A stretch of 64,000 nucleotides of DNA from Podarcis erhardii (Eukaryota): assembly GCA_964252035.1 (NCBI GenBank), contig OZ176206.1. One strand, given 5' to 3'. Each line of letters begins with the position of its first letter. Within the stretch, counting starts at the first letter, position 1. The notes beneath the pieces were generated by a model. It was not told the DNA's origin. It did not search any database and saw only the letters and a program-made list of their open reading frames with translations. Shown one piece after another: positions 57,304-64,000 of the stretch. A program made the position numbers and the translations under genes.

Positions 57304-58438
57304 GAGTTTTGCTGGGGGTGGGGGGGTGGGTTAAGGACAAGATGCCCTCGGCAGACCCTGCTTGCCTTCTGCTGTCCACACTGCCCATTCATTTGCCCAA
57401 ATTGTAGCCCTGCAGCTTGACATAGTGCCTGCCACTGTTTGTACAGAGAAGGCAGGTAAGCAAGTAAATGAAGGTGCAGAGGAGGTTCAGGGGCAGTGAA
57501 GGTCAGCAGTGGTCCCCACTGGCTGTGTCAGGATGGGCCTGGGCAGGTGCCTTACAACACCAGCCCCTTGACAGAAGCCCTGGCTGACAGAAGTGCATTC
57601 ATCCACTCTTAAGCATGGCGGAGCAGTACTCCTGGGTTTCAAACAGAGGTCCTTCCCAGCCCTATCTGGAGATGTTGGTGATGAACCTAAGAACACTGAG
57701 TTATGACCCCTCTCCACCCAGAAGGTGGGCCTGAACAATGGCAGCTCTGCTCCCTGTCCCATGTATGATTTCATTGCCTCCTTAAACATTTGATCCCTGG
57801 CCACAGAGTTCCTTTACTTTCTGGCACATGCCATGAAACTCCCCAAGACAATCAAGAATGTGGCATTCAAGCTTCTTGTTTTTCGTGAGCTGCAAGAAAT
57901 ATACATTCCCATCCCCTTGCCAAGTTTCCCAATGAAACACCAAGGCAGGAAGGCTGTCCCTTCTCTTGGGCTGAGCCCACCCACCATCCTAGGATCTCTC
58001 ACCACCTGGGGTCTCCCTCCTCCATCCCTCTGTGGTAGTTGGTTTCTCTCATCCATTCTGGGGCATTTCTGATGCAGCCCCTCCTAACTCCACTTCCTAC
58101 TTGCCTTCCACTGGCAGGCTGCCTGCCTGTCATGACTCAGCAGAAAGTCTTAACCCTTTTGTTGCCACGAGGGCAGGCTCAATCGGGTGCCCCCTGAAAA
58201 CATGAGAAAGGGGCCCAATTCATTTCATGGCAAGGGGGGAGGGTTCCATCTCCATCTCTACCCAGCCTAATCTGTAAAATATACATTTGAAGTTCTTGGG
58301 ACTTCTCACTGGAGTAAAATGCAGCAAGCATTTTGTGGGAGAACCAGCAATACTGTCATGCCCCAGCAAGAGCAAAAAGGAAGATACAGGAGCAGTTGCA
58401 TGGTTACCCGAGAGTATTTGTGAGTTCCTAATCCTTAC

Positions 58439-60715
58439 TTGGATCACTGCTGTTGCTGTAGTGCTAAGACCTTCTCCTAAGCAGTCTGTAGCCTGCAGGA
58501 TCAGAGTGTATTGGGGGGTTACCTGTAAACAAATATATCCATTAGCATTTGGGCAGAGGGGATCGAAGCACCAGAAGGCAAAGCAGTGTTGTGTAAGATC
58601 CTGAGAGCCCCACTGGCCATGTAACTCGAGGAAACTTCAAACTCACTAGGGTACTTCCAGATACAGCCAACTGAAATGGGACAAAGCTGTTATGCTAGAC
58701 CAGGCAGAGGCAAACTCAGCCCTCCAGATTTTTTGGGACTACAGTTCCCATCATCCCTGACCACTGGTCCTGCTAGCTAGGGATCATGCGAGTTGTAGAC
58801 CAAAAACATCTGGAGGGCCAAGTTTGCCTATGCCTATGCTAGACCACCCTTGTTATTAGGAATATGTGAAAAGAAAATTCTTCATTATTGCAAACCATAC
58901 AGTTAAAGCACATGACTTCCCCCAGAGGATCTGGGCAAATGTAATTTGCCCCTCACAGAGCTACAATTCCCAGCACCCTTGACAAACTGCAGTTCCCAGG
59001 ATTCTTTGGAGGAAGCCATGTGCTGTAAATGTGTACAGCTTATGTCCACTTCATCTTCTGTTTAGGGCAGCCCTCCAGATATTGGAAGGTGGCAGTCATG
59101 CTGTTCATCTGCTCCAGACTCAAAGCCTTCCCTCTTCTCTTTCAGAAATCCCTTGCAAGCCCCTCCCCATCCTGCTTGGTCCCCCTCCAGCTAGCCTCTA
59201 ATCCACCAGTGCCTTATGGCCCAGTGTTTCCACTAGGAGTGAAGCACATCAGCAGAGCCAAGGGTTGCCTTAAAGGGGAAATTTGGCATCATTAATCATG
59301 CCCTCTCCCTACACAGCCAGGACCCAGCCACTTACCGTTCTGTCAAGTCCTGGTTTGTTCAAGCTGATGACCCCTGTTCTATTATCGATGGCAAACATTT
59401 GGCTCTGTGGCTTTGTGGGGGTCTGGATATCGAGGGAGTAGGTGATTACCCCATTGTAGGAATTCACAGCGTCATCTATGTCAGTGGCTGATACTTGTGT
59501 CACAAAGGTACCTGGGTGTGTGTGCCACAAAAGTCCAAAGTTCAGCTTCTGAAGTGCATCACACACATACCCGCAACATAGCCGATCATCCCAGCTTGGA
59601 GGTCAAATTGACTCTGCCCCAGACAGCTCCAAAATTACCTCTTAGCCTCTGAGTGAATGCAAACTGTGCAGCAGCTGGGTGCGATCTGCACTGCTTTTAT
59701 GCCAGTCCGCAAGTTATGGTGGGCTCAGTAGTGACTGCCCAGGCCATACAGGTAGAAAAAAGCATAGTTAGGGGCCTGGGTTTTGCACACATTATACCCC
59801 CTCCCTTTGTGGGTGCTCCTTCCATAAAAAATGGGCAAAGGATATAGGCATTCAGAGGCAAATAGTAGGGGTTTCCATACATTCAGTTTATGCATGTGCA
59901 ACCAGACAGACAGACACGTACCTGGCAGGGCTCCTTCTGCTATGGAGCCATGGAAGATGCTCTGGGTAAAACGGGGCTTGTTGTCATTCTGATCAAGCAC
60001 CTCGATGACTATCTCTGTGGGGTTCCTCACAGGCTGCCCAGTTGCACTTACAGCTTGAAGAAAGAGCTGCAGAGCAAGCAGGGTAGCAATTGAGACACTC
60101 CCCAAAGCTGCCTCTCACCCTCCCAGACACCTTCCCACAAGAGTGTAGAGCTGCCCTTCTCTTCACACCAAGAGCACCCAGGAATTTACATTAGGGGCTA
60201 AAAAGTATTTAGATACTGTATGCTGAGAATTCAAAAATGAAACTAAGCTGAACTTTCTCCTCCTTCCCATAAATAATGGTTGCTAATACTATTGCTTCCC
60301 GGGGATTCCCCAAGAACTGACATAAAGCAGCAGCAAACATGTGATTTCCACTCTTTCCCTGTCCCATAACACGTAGCAGCCTTCCCCAACCTGGTGCTCT
60401 CCAGCAGTTTTGAACTACGAGTACCATCAGCTCCAGCCAGCACAGCTATATGATGCTTGGGCTGATGGCAGCAGTAGTCCAAAGGATCTGGAAGGCACCA
60501 GGTTGGCAAAGGAAGTTTTAAGAGGTGCTGGGAGGTTCCAGGGTGGCAGAAGCTAGCACAAAGGGACTTACAATGTATTTGTCTTTGGTCTCTCTGTCCA
60601 ATGGCATGGTCACCATCAGCCAGCCTGTCTCTCTTTCAAGGATGAAGATGCCTTGAGGAGGTCTGTCTGCACCAGTCCCAGTGACACTGTAGAAAGTCAT
60701 GCCATCTTTACCTAC
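58439..60715 (-). CDS. Truncated type I classical cadherin (CDH1/CDH3-like), exons homologous to CDH1 exons 5-8 (EC1-EC2); open frame but coding status uncertain
   Basis: Exons 60715-60572 (144 nt; [30 protein letters not shown]), 60066-59922 (145 nt; [16 protein letters not shown]), 59511-59336 (176 nt; [18 protein letters not shown]), 58522-58439 ([24 protein letters not shown]). The 145/176-nt sizes and phases match CDH1 exons 6/7 as recalled. Confidence 0.85.
58701..58836. mobile_element. Palindromic hAT MITE (gactacaactcccatca family)
   Basis: TIRs caggcagaggcaaact / agtttgcctatgccta; exact 8-bp TSD tgctagac (58693-58700, 58837-58844). Related copies at about 395-540, 1095-1195, 14980-15070, 30965-31010, 35425-35530, 45180-45270, 45630-45770, 58960-59020 and 60385-60510. 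Confidence 0.85.
59532..59544 (+). promoter_or_regulatory. HNF4 DR1-type motif AGTCCAAAGTTCA
   Basis: Exact match to a canonical HNF4 site; function untested. Confidence 0.4.
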
Positions 60716-61323
60716 CTGGTTGCAAATGAACATGTCAAAACTGAGAAGGTCTGTTTTCTTGTTGCATCCCTCTATGCCTCCCTCAGAGGTAGAACACAGA
60801 GAGGGATTCTGAGCAGGTTCATAGGAGGAAAAGAAGTCCTCCGAGCATAGTGGTTCTGAGCTGTTCAAGGCACATGAAGAGAAAGAGGCAGTTGCCCTCT
60901 CTGTCTATACCTGCAGCAGACGCTTGGGGTAGGGACCGATGCCATTCTCCATGACCAATATTGGAGGCAGAAGTTGCAAATCCCTTTTCTGCCTCTTCAG
61001 ATCAAGTCTGGATTCTGGAAAGGTCAGCACTTCTGCCCAAGCAAATAGGAAGGAGACCTGCAAGGGGGAAAGAGAGTTGCATTATTATTATTTTTAAAAA
61101 AACCTCATTCAGAGCCCAATCCCATGGCATCTTCTATGTGAAGACAAGTTTGGCACTCCTTAAGATTTGTAGGGATCTCGGGACAGGACAGTGCTGAACC
61201 TCAGGATTCAGTCCTGGAACATGTGAAGGAAGACACGTCCTGGAATCTGGACACACCTCTATGTCAAGAGTATCTTCCTTCTATCTTAAATGTCAGTATT
61301 GGGTTTGCATTATTGTTATTTAC

Positions 61324-61408
61324 CTGAAGTCCTTTCACTTCATCTACCTGCCACAGGTAGCAACCAGTCTGTTTTGCAGCCTCTATTGAGCAGTAGTCAA
61401 GGGTAGAG
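61324..61408 (-). pseudogene. Degenerate cadherin exon-4 remnant (furin site / DW.. mature N-terminus)
   Basis: agg ctg caa aac aga (RLQNR, like RRQKR) is out of frame with GAC TGG TTG CTA CCT (DWLLP, like DWVIPP); stop codons in both ancestral frames; intact CAG|gtaaat donor. Confidence 0.5.
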
Positions 61409-63646
61409 CTGATGAGAGTGGAGATGGGCCAAGAGGCCTTGCCATGGCTCCCACACCCATGGCCACCATCTTGTTGACCCCTTGGGCTAGCCTTATTTGT
61501 TTTATCTGATCCCTCTGCAAGGCCAGATGCTTTGCAGTCCATGGAAGATTCATGGTCCCTGTTGACAGTTTAAAGGTTGGTGCTCCCTGGTGGTTGTTTT
61601 TAAAGGAAATGCATGTTTGCTGATTCAACATTAGTTTGGAACATTGGCAACTGCTCTTATCTTCTCGAAACCTATTTGCTTTGAACAACTATGCTGCCGG
61701 TAGAGTACAGTGTAGAGAGACACAAGCCCAATATTATGAAACCTTCCTCAGCCTAGTAACATCCCTATGCTCATTCGATGGTCACATCTCCCCCACACTC
61801 TGTTCATGCTCCTCTTCATCTTTATCCCCACACCCCAGCTCTTCCACAAGGCCATGTTCAACACAGCTGGGGGACAGCACCCGTACTTTGCATGCAGGAA
61901 TTCCCAGATTCAAACCCAGCCGCTGCCATCCTTAAGGATTTCTGCACAGCAAAATCACTGCCTGGAGTCTTGGGGAACTGCTACTAGTCAACACTAGTTG
62001 GACAAAGAGCCCGGCCTGCTGTAATAAGGTTGCTTCATGTGTTGGTACCTCTTCTGCACCTACAAAACCCTTAACCCAGCCCCTCCACCATTAATGCCAA
62101 GAAGATCCTTCTACAACACCAAAGATACTAGCCCCGCTTCGCTTGCTCTTTGGAGGACAATCCTACCTGAGAGTGAAGAACCAGGAAGAGCAGGAGGCTG
62201 ACCCTAAAGAAGCACATTGTCCGGCTTCAGCTCTTGCTCCTTGCCTTCTGCAAAACTCTGGCAAAGGGATGGCAACCCAGGTGACTAAGCTAGAGCAAAG
62301 TCTGCCTGGCAAGTCCTTTTGGAGGAAGGGTTAAGGGCAAATTGGCAGGCCTGGGGTATTTTGACACACCACATGGAAGCAGGCCACAGTTCATTCAGCA
62401 TGTGGGACTAAGTGAAGGGCATGTGCTTGTGCCCTAGGAACATCTCTTGCAGGTGGCACTGCCCTCCATTGTGCAAGTCTCATTTATTCTGGCAGGGTAA
62501 GCATTTATTCTGCTCTCATTTGGGAGCAGGTATTCTCAGGACTCGACCCTCTGAAGCTCTTTCGAATATCAGGGCTGTTTTATGGCCTTTCTCCCTTTGT
62601 TTTGATTCAGAGCAGAAATTTTCAATAAAACATGGAGCGGAGGAAGGTGTTGTTATGAAAACAGAGGAAGCCACTTTCCTTGTGCAGAAAGGGAGGAGGG
62701 TCTGTCCACTCTCCCTTTCACAGTAGCAGGAGAGTGCCATGCCTAGTCCTGACCTCGTGGCAGACATAGCTTCCTCAGAAGGCAAACCAGGTGCCCCACA
62801 GGTTGAGGGCTTTGAGGAGCAGGCAGAGGCTCCTGGAACAAGTGATGAGAAGGGCCCCTGGGGACATACCTGCTTAAGAACCCTTGGAGCTGTCAGAGGA
62901 GGTGGAAGTGCCCCCTGCCCCGCCCCAGCCCTCAAGAGCACTGGTGCCAAAAGCTTTTAGTCCAGATTGAAGAGCAACGATACAGCTTGCATTTATAGAA
63001 CCAGAGCCCCCAGTCTACTTGTGAATGTGAAAGCCTTGATTCTCCTTCACTGCCAGCATTTGTGGTTAGAGAGTGGTTTAGGAGGCTAGAGTATATAAGA
63101 CCCCTCTCCTGCCCTTTGAGCCTTTCAGTTGCCAGAAATAACACAGATCTCTGGCTCCTTGTTCCTGGCTTTGGCGCCCCCACCCCCCTGAACTCCCTGT
63201 GTGATCGACTGTGGACCATTTCCTGACTTTGCTTCTGCATCGCATGTTGGACCTAGACAGATTCTGTCTGCTGGACCTATGGAACTCTGCCCTCTTGGCT
63301 AAGTGTCTTGGTAAAGGCTTTTTACCCTCCTGTGACCGAGGCCCCAGCCCTGGAGGAAAGTGCTGCAAGAGTAAGTAGAAGGAGGCAGACACTCACACAT
63401 GGGCACCACTGTATTATATCAAAAGACTAACCAGGATCTGGTCCTCATTTGTCTTGACATTCTCTTTAAATCCCCATAGCAGAGATTTCTCCATGAAGTT
63501 GTTAACAGCAAGCTGATGTACAGATAGCAGCAGCAGAGGTTTCCACATCGGTGCACAAAGAACGGCTGCCCACCATTCAACTTCTGAACGAGGTTTGTTG
63601 CTTTATGTTATAAACTGGTTTCAAGCTAACACGGTTGGCAGAAGCG

Positions 63647-63672
63647 CTGCACTTGGCCGCCACAAGAGGGCA
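63647..63672 (+). promoter_or_regulatory. CTCF-like motif (CCACAAGAGGGCA core with upstream CTGCA module)
   Basis: One mismatch to the core consensus plus an upstream module-like CTGCA. Confidence 0.45.
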
Positions 63673-64000
63673 CTCTGAGTATACAGAAAGGTTTCAGCCT
63701 CCACTTATTCACCCCCCTCGACCACCAGAGTGGTATTTAAGTAAAAGACCCCAGACTGAGTGATCTGGTGGAAGCACTTCTCCAGGCCAATGCAAAACAG
63801 GTAAGGTATTATTATTATTCCTATCATCATAATTTTAATATAGTAATGGAATAAAGAAGAATAACTGAAAGAAAGGCAGGGTGTAAGTGTAATAAAGATT
63901 AAATTGTTGCTATTATTTATTGGACCTACAATTTTCTCTGCATTTTTATGAAGATTTTAGAAGGAGCTGTCACTTCTCTCAGGCTTATAAGTTAAGAGGC

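Noticed and set aside
57690-57770. PTS2-like peptide RAAIVQAHL on the minus strand as a possible URAH first exon
   Set aside because: No in-frame ATG (TAA upstream), position 2 is non-consensus, and there is no strong donor; it could be a decayed exon but cannot be supported.
58095-58135. ATG...GGAAG|gcaagt as a GC-AG first exon for URAH
   Set aside because: It gives phase 2, incompatible with the phase-0 URAH acceptor, and has no homology.
61490-61580. FKLSTG...TAKHLALQRDQI resembling cadherin prodomain exon 3
   Set aside because: Similarity is too weak to judge by eye and no clear exon boundaries were found; needs a profile search.

Overview
Vertebrate genomic DNA, most likely a squamate and probably a lacertid lizard (inferred from a lacertid-type Sauria SINE). 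The six-frame ORF track is mostly noise because the genes are spliced, so exons were rebuilt by hand from GT/AG boundaries and remembered protein homology. Gene order: 3' part of DEF8 (+), an intact 17-exon AFG3L1 m-AAA protease gene (+), DBNDD1 (-), GAS8/DRC4 (+), URAH/HIU hydrolase (-), and a truncated type I classical cadherin (CDH1/CDH3-like, -). The most unusual observation is at the right end. Cadherin exons 5-8 are open with intact splice sites, but homology stops at the last strand of EC2, at a phase-0 GTAAGG donor. That donor lies about 1.5 kb upstream of a phase-0 URAH acceptor, so a continuous 378-aa cadherin EC1-EC2::HIU-hydrolase chimeric ORF can be spliced (no transcript evidence here). 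Also seen: a complete minimal hammerhead ribozyme motif in a Penelope-like fragment upstream of AFG3L1, a Penelope-derived palindrome that supplies the nearest URAH poly(A) signal, a pre-miRNA-sized hairpin upstream of URAH, and many SINE/LINE/MITE insertions, several with target-site duplications.
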